The position numbers and the translations under genes were made by a program. Positions 36,621-50,605 of a DNA stretch of 64,000 nucleotides are shown piece by piece (position 1 is the first letter of the stretch; every line of letters begins with the position of its first letter). Source of the stretch: Carcharhinus amblyrhynchos (lineage: Eukaryota); NCBI GenBank assembly GCA_965287045.1, contig OZ336893.1, forward strand, positions 34,348,001-34,412,000, read 5' to 3'. The notes beneath the pieces were generated by a model. That model saw only the letters and a program-made list of their open reading frames with translations. It had not been told where the DNA came from and searched no databases.

Positions 36621-39600
36621 AAATGACAAACATTTTCATACAGGGTTGCAGATGGACAGAAACTCTATACTGGAGTTTTGGTACAGTAACATTACTGTCT
36701 ACATTAATTTCTGAGGTTCGAAATTTCAAATACGCTTTCAAGAATGAGGTGCATTACATCCCCCAGTTATATCCAGAGCCAGTATTAGCTATGAAACACC
36801 TGTAGGGAGAAAATTCATTTCTTTACAAAAAAAATTACCACCATTCCCCTCAATGTGCTGGACTCCCTGCAGTTCATTCTGCTGAATTAATGAATTACTG
36901 GTTTGAGGCCAGTCAACCAGCTACTCCTTCCTTGACCTTACATCCAATCTCCCAAATGACTATTTGGGTCTCATTAATAATGTAGCCACATCAAATTTAA
37001 ATTCACTCATCACTTCACAGCTAACCCTTTCAGTACATGGCTCAACATGTCCAGCAGTACTTGGAACTTCTTCATGCAGCTAAAGCTAGTCATTAGGATC
37101 TTCAAATTAACATGAGTAAAGCTGGTTAACAAAACAAAAAAAAAAGGTGCCACATTCCTCCCCCGCTCCCCCCCACCCCCAAGATAATCAAGAGAAGTCT
37201 TGTTTTTAAAAGTCAGAAGTCTAAATCACAAATGACTCATAAAAGGGTACAATTTTAGCCCTCACTATTTATTGATCTTAAAAATTTGGTAATACACTAA
37301 TCAGTTCAAAAATAACTTCTCAAAATATGGAAAGCAAAGAATCAAAGTATCTTTAATTTGCAGAGATTGAGGTAGCACTAGATTAACACTACAGAATACT
37401 CAATTACATTTAGCAAGGCAGGTGTGTTTTGCATCATGGTCATTTTGCAATACTATTTTCATCTCAGGCAAGGGCCACATCCGGATCGGAGTTTGGAGAC
37501 TGCTGATCTGAGGGCTAGGGCCAAAATATTACATTTTCCACACATCTTCAATTAAAAAAAAAACCACACACTGTTGTTCATTTTTAATGAGAAAAGTGAA
37601 CTATAGCATTTCTAATGCAAACTGCAAACAAATAGTTTGAAACAGCTGCAGTTAACTTACTATAAAGTGCCAAACACTGCTCTGAATGCTCCCTCTACCA
37701 AAAATAAAGTGGATTAATTTCAATTTAAAGTTTATAGGTTAAGAACTTAATTTCTGTAGAATTAATTTAATCTAGTACCTTGTAGATGATTCCTATGCAT
37801 TTAATGCCAACTTAAAAGGCAAATGCGTCAAAATTATATTACTTGTGCAGGAATTTGAGCCCCTAGCGATGGGAATGTCAATTTCAGCAGATCCACATGG
37901 TGATCAAAGTAGTAGTCAATAGAAACATCTGCAAATAAATTACTTTGGGCATCAAATTGGGAAAACCACAGCTTCCCCCTGGGATGACAAATAGTTCAAA
38001 ATAATCGTGCAATGTCTGCAGTGTATATAACACCCTGTGGCTTTACTCCCTCAATCCAACTTGGAATATTTTACAGCGCACCAAATGTAATCTGCATGTA
38101 GTATAAATTTTGCAAGAGGCGATGGTACACAAAATGCTTCTCATGTCCCAAAATTAACAGAATAGCAAATAATTAAGTTTAACAAGGCATGTTTGTTGTG
38201 CGTCAGTCATTTTGCAATACAGAAAGTGTTTTCAGCTAAGGGCGAGTGCTGAAATATTACATTTCCACACATCTTCAATTAAAAAATTGATTTGTTCATC
38301 ACAAGTTGACGTAATGTTATTGATCCTAGATTTAAAAAAGGAAAAGCTTTGCTTCAAGAGCTGATCTTTCAGTGCCCTTCAGATCTGTTCTTGTGGCCTT
38401 CAAAATAATTGCTGTCAAAACAGATCCTCATCAACAAATCATCCCATATTAGCTGAATGTAATTTCATGATTTACGATCAATTTGTCCCATTTTCTTGAG
38501 CATATTAGCATTTTTCCATAAAATACAATTGCTTCTGAAAGACAATCTGAATTCTACAAATCTACAACTGTCAAAGGTGGCAAACCAAAACCCCATTCTA
38601 GCCATTCCTGATGCAAAAAGATTTATATGGTTAATCCTTTCACTCCATTAAGATTTGTCAGGTTCCATTTCACAACAAATGTACAAACAGGCTGTTTAGT
38701 TTAATGTAATCAGCATTTAGAAACAAAGCACAAATGTTTATTTTAAACATTTCCTTGAAATTGTTTATCAAATTTTTGGAAACTACTCCTTTAAATCAGC
38801 AATCTCAGAACTGTTAAAGTGCAGTAACGCTGTTCAGGATATTTAGCCAATGTTTTACATTCAGGAGGTTGGGGAATGCCAACCATCAGAAATTACAGCA
38901 GAAAATTAATCCTTTTTACAGCAAATTGTATCAGGTTGCAATCTTCACACTATGCTGGCTAAAAAATTAAGTCAAGCTCCAGCAATTAAAATACAAAAAT
39001 GGTGAGATAGGTGGGGGAAACTATAGAGTGTTAGGAAAGAGGTTCTGCTCAACGGTGTGAGCTGAATTGCAAATTCAACCAACCAAAGCAGTTCAAACAC
39101 TATTTGAAAATTTGCTTCAGCCAAGTTTGATTCATAAGGAACATTCGTGTTATAGCTCGAAATAGCAGCCGGAAATTCAACTATTTCCAACCAAGTTTGG
39201 AGCTCTCTCTTTGAAGCCATTTAACGAGGTCAAGCTTCAGAGTCATGAGTAATCAAGTGGCACCTTGCCCAAGTGCTACTCAACCATCTGAATCATCACA
39301 GCTGAAACAAATTTTGTCCTCAAGACATCGAAACACAAAATTAGGAACAGGAGCTCAGTGATCAGCAGCACCAATCCTAGCTGATTATAACCCGTCAAAT
39401 GGTTATACTATTAACTGTAGTGTCCTTTTGCAGACCCCAGCCGAGAACTGTTAACTCAGCACATCAAGATTGAGTCTGATTCCTGATCTGTGTTCATAGA
39501 ATTAAACAATATATATTCACCTCAAAACACTGGGGAGTCAGACAGTTTCACCACGTGCGCTAAGTAGATTATTTATGCAGTTTCTCAGTTACCAAATTCA

Positions 39601-41149
39601 TTCACAAATTTCTCTGACAATATGCCCATCTGCTCAAACTCACTTTCAACCTCCACCACAGCAATTTTTCCAAATTTACACCAATGTCAACTTGGAACCA
39701 TCCTTCTTGCTCAAGCATTCTGCAGAACATGAGAATATCTATGGGCTCAGATAGCAGCAGCCTCAATCTCAGTTTAGCAGTTCTGGGGACAAACATTACT
39801 GTAAGACTCAGAAAATATGCAAGCCAACTCTTCAGTACTAAGTACGTTGCATCGTCAGACACACCAAATTTCAGGTGAAACTACTGGTCCTGTTGGCTCA
39901 GATGGGCATAAAACATCAAGTTCTCTGGGTCAATTATTCTCAACTAGCATCAACAAAATAATATGGTAACATTTCATTTGCTGTGTGCAAGACTGCGTGA
40001 AAAAGCTCTGCTGTGTTTGCTTGCAATATATTGATCCTACTTTAACGGAAATGCAGTATTTACCTGTATGGGAGCAGAGTGTGGTGCCAAACTTCCTTTG
40101 TATTGTGAAGTTATGCGAATGAAGTAGTGGCATGATGGGAAAAATGGTCAAGTAATTGGTATAAAGGAGAGCTGACCAAGCTATTCCAAATTACCAGACC
40201 CCTGTGAAACTGACTCTGAATAACCTAAGACATGACGAACATCAGAGAAGGTCAAGACTTGATAAGGCTGACTCCACATAACTTAGGGCTGGAGGAGATG
40301 AGATGAGGTCAGTCACAGAACCTTCTATTACATCAGGAAACAAGATATGGTCAGAGATCACGGAACCTTTCTGTTCCTTCAAAGGACAAGATAATGATAT
40401 TATTGACGGGACAGAGGGGTCTTGGAGGTCACTAGATCCTAATACAATTAATGTATTACTACTTGATTACTAATTGAACATGTACACTGATAAGAAAAAG
40501 GTATAACTATGGAACTGATCCTTGTAGCTGGGGTGGTCTTGGTATAAAATCAGCAGTTTGTAGAGACTGCTCTCTGTCTTCAAGACCCTGCCATATACTG
40601 CACGCAGTTTTGTGATAATAAAAGCTGGTTGTTTTTGCAAAGCAAACTTTGTTTAGTTTTACTATCACAGCTTGGAAAACAAGAAATTCTCCACTACAGC
40701 AGTATAGTACAGCACTGTAAACTAGAGTGCTTAAGTTATGCACTAGATCACTTAGAAGGAGCATTTGAAGACAGATATTGCATCACCTATGCTTACCTGG
40801 GAAGGGGATGATGTGGAGCAATGGTCCCTGTGGAATATTAATAAACTGAGGTGAAGGTGTACTTGGTGGTGACAGAAACTAAGAATTTGAATGTGGAATA
40901 TGAGGATAAGTGGAATACTGTCATGGTTCTAGGACAGAAGGGGAAAGGGGATGAGAGAACAATGACCGAGAGCCCTTTCAGTCATGGAGGAGAAAATAAA
41001 ATACCAGCATTGGACTACTTGAAAGCAAAGCAGGCATGGAAATTAATGAGTTTGGTAAAATTCTCTAGTGCAGGAAATTCAGAAAGGGGCTCCAATTTTC
41101 CACAGAAGGGAACAAAATTAAGGGAGGATGCCAAAGGACAGGAATCGCT

Positions 41150-41790
41150 AATGTAACACTTCTGCTTAAGGAGGAAGGCAGGCAAGAAAAGGGAAATTGC
41201 AGGTTGATTAGTCTGACTTTGGTTGTTGGTAAGATTTGAGTCCATTATTAAGGATGAGATTTCAGAGTACTTGGAAGTGCATGGTAAAACAAGGCAAAGT
41301 CAGCAGGGTTTCATTTAGGGGAGATAATGTCTTATAAATGTTAGAATTCTTTTGAGGTGAAAACAGCTGATTACATAGGACAGCCAGTGGGATGTTATGT
41401 ACTTGGATTTCCAGAAGGCCACTAACAAGATGCCACACAAGAGACTGCTGAATAAGAGCCCATGGTTTTCAAGGCAAGGTATTAGTATGGATAGAAGATT
41501 GGCACAGGGCAAAGAGTGGGGCTAAAGGGGTCATTTTCAAGATGGCAGCCAGTAACTTGGAGTTCCACAGAGGTCAGTGTTGGGACCACGAACTTTCACT
41601 TGTACATCCATGATCCTGATGAAGGAACTGAGGGCACTGTGATTATGCTTGCAGAGGATACAAAGATAGATGGAGGGACAGTAGTATTGGAGGAGGCAGG
41701 GAGACTGCAGAAGGACCTGGACAGGTGAGGAAAGTGGGCAAAGTGGCAGCAGATGGAATACAAGGTGTGAGGTTATGCACTTTAGCTTGG
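41150..41790 (+). mobile_element. Decayed CR1 RT fragment
   Basis: Remnants YLDFQKA, GSFSRWQPVT, YIHDPDEGTEG, MLAEDTKI..RLQKDLDR. Confidence 0.85.
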
Positions 41791-42379
41791 ACAGGATTGG
41801 AAGAACCCACATCCAAGAAGTGCAGGAAAGTAGTAACCCATTCGGGGTTCCAGTGTCATTTTATTGTCAGAATGCATCGAAGTTCACTTAAAAGTTCACA
41901 CATTTATTCTTTGCCAAAGCAGCACTGCACAGATATCAGAACCAGAAATTTGCTATAGTTTTCTTTCACAGCCCACTGGTGAAAGGGGAGTTTACAAAGT
42001 GATCACAGGAATTCCAAAAGCTGTTCTCCCAAATTTATTACTTGGACCTGGAGGGAAATGGCCCAGACCAACTGCAGTTGCTCGTCAGGCAAACCAAACA
42101 CGGGCTTCCTACTTCCATATTGACCATTCCACTTTAGTGATATGAGAAACAACAGGTTTTGATTAGTGTTTTGCAACTTCAAAGATGTAACATGAATTCC
42201 TCACAGGAATGTTTGGCAAATGATTATGGGTAAACCAGAGCCACTAGGAGCGAAGCACAAATGGTTTTTGGTGAATTTCCTTCTAATGAGTGGTTGAAGG
42301 GTTGCTGAATACACCCAGGGATTATACACCTTTGTCTTTACATTGATGGACAACCAAAGCATTTCTTTATTAAGATTTC

Positions 42380-42910
42380 CCAATGAGCTTTATAGAACCT
42401 TAGTTAGGCCACATTTGGAATGTAGTGTTCAATTCTGGTCACCACACCACCAGAAGGATGAGGCGGTTTTGGAGAAGGTACAGAAAAGATTTACCAGGAT
42501 GTTGCCAGTTATGAGGAGAGATTGGAGAAACTTGGTTTGTTCTCACTGGAATGACAGAAATTGAGGGGCGACCTGATAGAAGACTACGAGGTTGAGGGGC
42601 ATGGACAGAGTGGACAGTCAGAAGCTTTGTCCCCAGGGTGCAGGAGTCCATTACTAGGGGGCACAGGTTCAAAGTGTGAGGGGCAAGGTTTAGAGGAGAT
42701 TTGAGGCAGTTTTTTAAAGAATAGTGGGTGCCTGGAACTTGGTGCCAGGGGAGTTAGTGGAAGTGGATACGGTAGTGACTTTTAAAGGGGTATCTTGAGG
42801 GATAGGGTCCCCAGAAGGGGAGGGGGTTTTAGTTAAGTCGGGCAGCATGGTCGCTGCAGGCTTGGGGGGCTGAAGGGCCTGTTCCTGTGGAGTAATTTTT
42901 TGTTCTTTGA
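42380..42910 (+). mobile_element. CR1 3' fragment (ORF2 C-terminus and 3' UTR)
   Basis: LYRTLVRPHLECSVQFWSPH..LEKVQKRFTRMLP; ends gggctgaagggcctgttcctgtg. Confidence 0.88.
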
Positions 42911-42995
42911 CCCTTCCAATCTGTTAGCTCCCATCAATTGTCTCATCCCTCTCTGGTTCAATAATTTGTTTAGCATTTTCAATGTCCAACAACGT

Positions 42996-43100
42996 CCAGT
43001 TCTGATGAAAGGATAACATTTCGAAACATTTACTGTTTCTCCATCCACAAATGCTGCTCGTCCTGTTGAGTATCTGCAGCATTGATTGATTTTGCTTTCG
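42996..43100 (+). mobile_element. Penelope-like remnant (second family) with a hammerhead-like core
   Basis: cagttCTGATGA(43002-43008)aaggataacatttcGAAA(43023-43026)catttactg, then aaatgctgctcgtcctgttgagtatctgcagcatt. Confidence 0.6.
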
Positions 43101-44714
43101 GAGGTGCACTGGATTACACTTTTTCCTCAATTTATTTGGATTATTAACAGGTCTGTTTACTTCGGCAGAGTTGGAATTTCAGACAAGAAAATTCTGTATC
43201 TATGCCTGTGGTTTTAATTTCTGAGTTCCCCATCTTTCTTGGAATATTTTAATGGAAGGTTGGTCCACTTAACAGTTTAGGCTTTGGGTGGAAAGATTCA
43301 GTAACAGGCGCAAGACTATGGTGCTCCAAAACATGTCCAAGTAACATGAGGGCTCCTTCAAATTAGGTGGTTTTTTCCAATCTGACCCTAGATTGGCAAA
43401 TTCCAAACTGTGGATGTTTCCAATCAAAGAATTTCTCCTCACCCCTTGCGTGATGACCCATTTCAATATTTAATCTCGTAAACAGGGAGACACTCTGGCC
43501 AGGCATTTGACATTGTGCAAATCTGGGTTACAAGATCCTCCTTGGATTGAGACACACTGCTCACCACAGGTGCAACATTACCATTATTTGCAAGATGCTA
43601 TTCACAGTATTTCCTTCAATTATGAACCCTTATGTTGAGGGATGCAAGCTAAAACTGAAAACAATGAAATCTTGAATGGAAAACCCAAACCATACATATT
43701 TCAAATAAAAATATATGCAAAATTGCATTAAATCATGACGACTTGCTGTTGAGATTTTAAAGAAAGGTGGTGGCAGAGAAATGTGACTTTTGCTTGAGGG
43801 CAGCTCAATTGGAGAATATCTGAAGTGTGCCTCAGTTTTTACAGTACAAAGGCATGTCATGACAAATAATAAAGTGAGTGGAGTCAAAAGGCAGACACAC
43901 TGGTTCTGATCAAGGGAAAAGCGGAGGGCTCTCAGGACGTCTTAGTGGAGATGGTGGAGGAGAGAGATTGGATGCCATGATGAAAAGGATAGAGTTAGAG
44001 CCAGCTTACTGGAAAGTATTACAAGTGCCAGAGGGCATCAGAAAAATCAGAGGAGACTGGACAATGGAGAAAAAAAGTTGAGATAGGAAATCAGTTCTGA
44101 AGAAAATGATAAATCTGATACTTCTTGCTGTGCATTTAATTTCAAGAACAAAAATGCCTACAAATCAACACAGGTAAAAGGCATCACCATTGTGTGGCAT
44201 TGCCAAAAAGGTATCTGCATGGATTTCAGAATTAATTGAGTTATTTGATTTTTGCAGTTCATTGAAAAACCATAATTTCAAATGTATGTTTCTAGGAGGC
44301 TATTCTCCTCTCAATGTTCATATGGGAGTTTCTCTATTTACTATCCAAAGTATTATGCACTCCCACCTGATCACTAATGATTGGACTGGAGTGTATAGGG
44401 TATGAGGGAGCGTTAAATCACTGCATCTTGATGGACTCTCTGCCCTTCAGCAGTGCATAATTCCAACCAGTAGTTACCATTTTCCGTCTTGCCTTTGACG
44501 GCTCTAATTTTAGTCTTCCATTCTGTAGACATTAGAGCTCATCTTAAAGTAGAGCTCTCATCTGCTCCATGCTACCCTATCTCAAAAAGCTTGGCATCCT
44601 TTTGCTTCTCTTCACTTCAATAACCCACTTTTCTATAAAACCTATATTGGAAAGGATCCTCCTAAACTTCTCATTTGTGGACAGAAGTTGTTCAAGTGGG
44701 TGTCTGGAACCAAC

Positions 44715-45030
44715 CATAATGTTTATGCTACTGGACTAGTAATCCAAAGGCACAGACTAATGATCCAGCTATCATATCAGCTGGGAATACAATTCAATTA
44801 AATCAAGTTGAAATAAAAACTAGCACCAGGAATTGAGAAATGTGTCTCCTTTTTTTGGTCTATTCTATGTGACTCTAAACCCACAACGATGAAGGTGAAG
44901 CTTAGCTGCTCTCCAAAATGGCACAGTAAATTACTCATTTGCATTCAAGGTGGCAGTTCACCACCATTTTCTCCAGGGCAATAAATTTTGGCTGTGTCTG
45001 ACACCTGCAATTCATTAATGAATGACTTCC
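44715..45030 (+). mobile_element. Degenerate Deu-domain-like SINE
   Basis: ctactggactagtaatccaaagg head, atgtgactctaaacccacaacgatg, gggcaataaat tail. Confidence 0.55.
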
Positions 45031-45698
45031 AAAAAAAAAACAACAGTTAGATCTATGGACCCCAATTTGAGATTCCAGAAGTCATTTTCCCCTCTGCCAC
45101 TATATACATCTCTTCAGCAAATGTTGCATCCCTCTGAAGATTACTTCTCTAGCCATCTTTCATTTCGTTGCTTCTTTATTTAAAGACCACATTCTCATGA
45201 CACTTTGCCTTCTCCTATTGCATACAGATCTGTATCGAGTCAAAATGTCCACCGACAGCATTTTAACTCATGGTTACAATCACAATCAAAATCATTGCAA
45301 GACAAACAGGATGTCAGTATCTTACAAGGGGATGTACATACAGGGATTGTATGTACGGGGGAATCCTGCTCACTCCATAAATAAAGCAACCAAAGTACGC
45401 AAATCATCGCCATCATTAGACGTAGCTGAATGTGATTTAAAGAGAGCCATAAGATCTGGCACATTTTCATTTGACTGTTTACAATGTGCAAAATGGATTG
45501 AAATTTATAAAAAGCGATATACCAATTAAAATTTTATGGTACGAATTTCATAGCAATTTTTAATAAGTGTGTGTTAAATTTAGAAAAATGCAACTTCTGT
45601 TCAGTTTATGCCCTGTTTATGGAGGCAGGTTGTTCATTTGAAAACCTGTTACAATTTCTATGAAGCTTCCCAAAAAATAATTTAAAAGGGATACTTAC

Positions 45699-45841
45699 AT
45701 CTGGATATTCTTTCACAGGCACAAATAGTTTTTCTTGTAACTGCATAATAGGTCCTATGGGGTCTGGTAGGTCCATTGGCAGCTTGTCTACAAGGCCATT
45801 CATTGTATCAGTATACATGTCCTTTCGCACTCTGCTTATTT
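45699..45841 (-). CDS. QKI: Quaking (STAR/KH-domain RNA-binding protein) internal coding exon 2, end of QUA1 to start of KH; qkia-like
   Basis: Translates (E)[47 protein letters not shown]; acceptor tttctttgcAG, donor GTaagt; 143 nt, phase 1 to 0, as in QKI exon 2. Confidence 0.96.
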
Positions 45842-48800
45842 CTGCAAAGAAAGAAATTTCAATTACTCAAGGAAAAGTTCAGAAAACAGTTTTGAATACT
45901 GGTGCTCAGAGGCCACAAATCTCAGGCCTTTACAAAGCTGAATTCAGTTTTCAGTTAGCCTATGCACAAAAATACTGGATGATGGAATTATTTATTCTCC
46001 CAATAGCTTCTTGGTCAATAATCCCAGGACCAAATCTCCAGAGAAGCGGTGTGGTGGACTGGAGCAAGATCACAGGAGAAAACTTGGCTCTTTGGAAAAA
46101 AATTGCCAGCATAGATTTTCCACTAGTGTTAAAACACCCAATTTGAGATTAATCCATCATTGATAAAAATAAGTCAATTAACACAGTCAGTAGTAGCAAA
46201 GGCTGCAACAATCCACTCTGTAACCTGGATTAATCTGCACTGACACTTGCTTAGAATTGTGCTAAATTGAGCCACTGGAGTTCAGTGAAATGTCATTCAA
46301 ATAATGCAACATTAAGGAAGTGGCTATGCAAATACTCTGTTCCCCTTCTGGCCTATTGTTGGGCAAGTTACTTATTGTGGAACAAACTGCACTGGACAAA
46401 ATGCTAGCTCCTAATAGCACCTTCAAAAAGGTGAAGTTAACCATAATAAAACTGACTGGGCTACGTTAGCTTCTGCAGTTAGGAAAGGGGCTACATTAAA
46501 GCTGCTGTCTGAGCCTTAAGACAGATCTACAATGTTGTCATTTTTTTGTAACAACAAGAGCTAGTTCTTAAGAACAACCTGCAACAATTGTTTGGCAGTC
46601 TATGCAGGCCAAATTGTAAAGGAATGAAAATTCTCCCAGATTATTTGTACCTTTTTAAGGGTAGCATACTCTGTTTAAAAAGGGCTAGTCTAAATACTGA
46701 ATGCAAAAGGTTTATTTTATCTTTGAAATGGTGAGCCTGGCACTTGGACAGTCAACACAAAACAACCAGAAAATAAAAAGGCAGTGTGAGGATTATCCAC
46801 ATCACCAATTTATTGGTAATTAGAATTTTACAAAGACCTTCAATACACAGTAATAGCTACCTCAAATCCAACTATATTTTGTGGAATGCTAATATGACTA
46901 TACCAAAAATACCTGGAAATGATCACGTATACGACCCCCAAAAACAGCATGTACCACAGCTGGTTTGGTTCTGGGTTCAAAAAGCACAAAGCTCAGTAAA
47001 TCAACTCTAGTAATACCGCTCCCTGCCCCATCACCCTTGTTTGTGGTCAGAATGGCCAAGTAAAGAACTGGCTCATTTAAAAGTTTGTCTGGAAGGAAGA
47101 GGTTTCCTAAACAGGGAAATTCCAATGTTACTTTCAGCAGGAAATGGAAATTGATCAAAGCTGCAGGTCCACAATGCTGCTGTGACAACAGGAAAAACGT
47201 GCACACCATTAACACACAAGTTACCCAACTTTTTTTTATTCATTTGCAGAATGTGAGTGTCATTGGCTGGGCCAACATTTATTGCAAGTAATAGCTATTG
47301 CTATTATACAGCTAGGTGAAAAACTTCTAAGAAATGGATCTCACAGCAAATACCAAAAATGGTTTGTAACAGGTGGAGAAGAAAGCTTAAATCCTACACT
47401 GAGTCAAGCTGATATATGTTGCAGTCTAAGCTGATCAAGAACTTTAAAATGTTTTGGATTCTCTACATTTCCAGCAACCTTTTAGGAAATTCTGCTTAAT
47501 TAAGGGTGCAAAGGCATATCGAAAATCACAACAGGTTTGACAGAATTGCTTTTGGAAGTAGTTAAAAGCCTTCAACACCCTGGTTCAAGAAGAATGCCTC
47601 CAAATCTAATTAAATGTATTGTTATATACTGAAGTAAGAAGAATTATTCATGAGGTTGGAGGTGTGCCCTAATTTGAAGGCAAGTATAAACAAAATCCAT
47701 GTTAATTTAAGGCAAAAGGCTGCACTTATTTTCAGACAGTGCATCATTTGTGGAAGAAATGCAATTGATCACTATGTCTACACGTAGAACTTTAAACAGT
47801 AAGGTTAACAGCTCCCACAACATCCATTTCAGTAAGCTTATCTCCTGATTCAATTTGACAACTCCCAAAATAAACCAGCATGTGCAGCATCAAGAGATAA
47901 TGTCAAGCCTTATCGAAAAGGCAAAATAGTTAACATTCATTTAAAAACTCTAATCTACAGAATTTGAAACCTACTCTGCATGGCATCCCAATCTTCTTGT
48001 GGGAAAATAAGAGCAGCACGTGCTTATCTTACTAATGGCACTGGAGGAATGTGAACGATAGGGTACAAGTTACATTTAATCTAATTCAACACTAGCAGTA
48101 CTATACTGCACTTATAAAAGCAACTCAAAAGAATTGCAAATAAAAAGACTATGTGCGAGAAAAATGAACCCGGTGAAAACGTAAGGCTTTGCATACAAGT
48201 TTCAACCCAGGAGCAGGACTCAATGGTTGTAAATTCAGTTATGTTGCAGTGCACAGGGCAAACAACCTGATATAACCAAATTTAAAAAAAACATTATTTT
48301 TCAGTCGTAGCATTTTTTAGTCTCTGCAGAACAGACATGTGGCACTAGAGACACTAGCTTTGTCAAGCTTCCACCACCCACACCCCCCACCCTCTGCCAT
48401 AGTTTAAAAATATTACATGGGGAAGTCAGAACATAGAAGAAATAAATCAGCAGCAGCATGCCAATTGAAACAAGATGAGGTGTTGACTCTCAACCAGTTC
48501 CCAACAATCTAAGATCAGTGAAAGTCCCAACACTGAACAAACTGCTGGAGCCCTCAAAACAAAAAGGCATCATTACTTTTGCCACATGAACAAATTCATG
48601 TAAATATATTGCTGTACGCTGCAGACCAACGTAACTGCTTTATCCTTATAAATTCATAAATTCTCCCAAATCTTAATTGTACCTCAAAGGACCTCTACCA
48701 CATTTGTCATTGCCATGTCTTGAATGCGAAGCATATATATTTTTACTTTGAGGAATACCAAAGTCACAAGAAACGTTAAGTGTACCGCGAAAGGTGCAAG

Positions 48801-50017
48801 AGAATTTCATGTCCCAGCCCTTGCAATTCCAACCCAACACAACACTTCTGTCTTTTCCATTTTACAGGGATGGAGTTTTGAAAAGGGCATGATTAGCAAA
48901 TAGACACATACCCAGATTAATAAAACCTGGAATAAGGTTTACACATGGGTACTAAAGTTCCACACAATCTACATAATTAATTTTGGACACCACTGACCAA
49001 CAAATGTCCAAGATTAGCTAGGTCAGCTGTTTATTTGGTACATGTAAAAGAGCGAGCTTGCATTTATACTGCACATCATGCGCCTTAGATTAATTGCATC
49101 AGAAGGTATGCAGATGGCTAGTCTTATGGAAATCATGCATAATGCTAGTAACTGAAAAGGTCAGTGAAGAAAAAATTGGTCAATTTCTATACAAAAGTAA
49201 AACCATTCCCTCTTCATCAGCCTTTTCAGGTTTCTCTGCTTCAAGCAATAATTTAATGAGAAAGTGAACAGCCACAAGAATCTCATTAAGTAAACACAAA
49301 TATAAAGCTATTTTAATCAAAGGATTGCATCCCCTAGGACATCTAAAGTACTAAAGAATAGAAGCCGAACCTGCCCAAATAAATTAATCTGGGAGTCCAG
49401 AAGTACAATCAGCAAAACAGCACAATCAAGGGAGAAGACATTAAAAAGGTCGCACCACACAGTCAGAATTGGATAAAGTAGCTACTAAATAAAACCAAAT
49501 TATTGCAGAAACCAGCACGAGGCACAAAATCAGTATGCACACTGACACTTAAGGAATTACATGTGCACAAAGATTGTCTATGCACTGTTTCAAAAGTCAT
49601 AAGCTTTGCTGTGGTTACCCTGGAGCACAAAATGAAACATTCGATGGAACAGAAACCACATCATATTCTGTAAAGCAGCAATGCTGTAATGTAAATGGAC
49701 CATTAGACCCTACAGCACACAAGTGCGGTCGGAAGAGAAAAAGGAGACCAACCAAATTTCCCACTTGAGATGCCTTTGCTTGAAGACGTCTGTCTTACCA
49801 GTTCCTGAGGCACAGATTACAAAGCTAGACATACTGACATTTTTTTTTAGGACCATCCGATTGGGTGCAAGACGACTAGGAACTAGTGGAGCAAATAACC
49901 CAACAAGATCTATTTCAAAGCAGCTTCAAGAATCCACAGAAGTGATCTGACAAAGGAGCACTTCAGATTCTGCAAACCTAAAAAAATAGAAATTTCAGTT
50001 TGTGCATACATGATCAG

Positions 50018-50305
50018 AATAGAAACATAAGTAGGAACAGGAGGTGGCCATTTGGCCATTTAAGGCAGCTCCACCATTCATCATGACCATGGCTGGATCA
50101 TCCAACTCAACAGCCAAATCCTACTTTCTCCCCATAAACTTTGATCCCATTCACCTTAAGTGCTATATCTAACCACCTCTTGAATACATTCATTGCTTTG
50201 GCATCAACTACTTCCTGTGGTAATGAATTCCACGTGCTCACCACTCTTTGGGTGAAGAAAGGTCTCTTCACCTCTGTTCTAAATGGTCAACACTGAATCC
50301 CCAGA
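50018..50305 (-). mobile_element. CR1 3' fragment
   Basis: agaaacataagtaggaacaggaggtggccatt tail, gaattccacgtgctcaccactctttgggtgaagaa. Confidence 0.8.
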
Positions 50306-50605
50306 CTAACGTAGAGAAAAGGGACAATGGTCTTTGTGAAGAACCTGAAGATTTTTTTGTCCGAGCTAAAAGTACAAGTACTTAACTAGGATTGGAAAAG
50401 GCTTGTTTTAACCCAATTTCATTTTTCCTGTCACCAAATGAGCATTACTGGCAAGGTCAGCATTTGTTGCTTCTAGTAACAGCAGTCCATCAAAAGACAT
50501 TAAAGCACCTTCATATTTTTTAATGAAGCAATGGGTTCAAATTCTTTCTTTCTGATCTCTATGTTGTTCTGTATATTATATAACTTTCCAAGCAAATGGA
50601 GGTTT

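Noticed and set aside
49574-49768. Cys-rich 64-aa ORF with CC pairs and a basic tail
   Set aside because: Short, non-ATG start, no splice or family support; expected by chance
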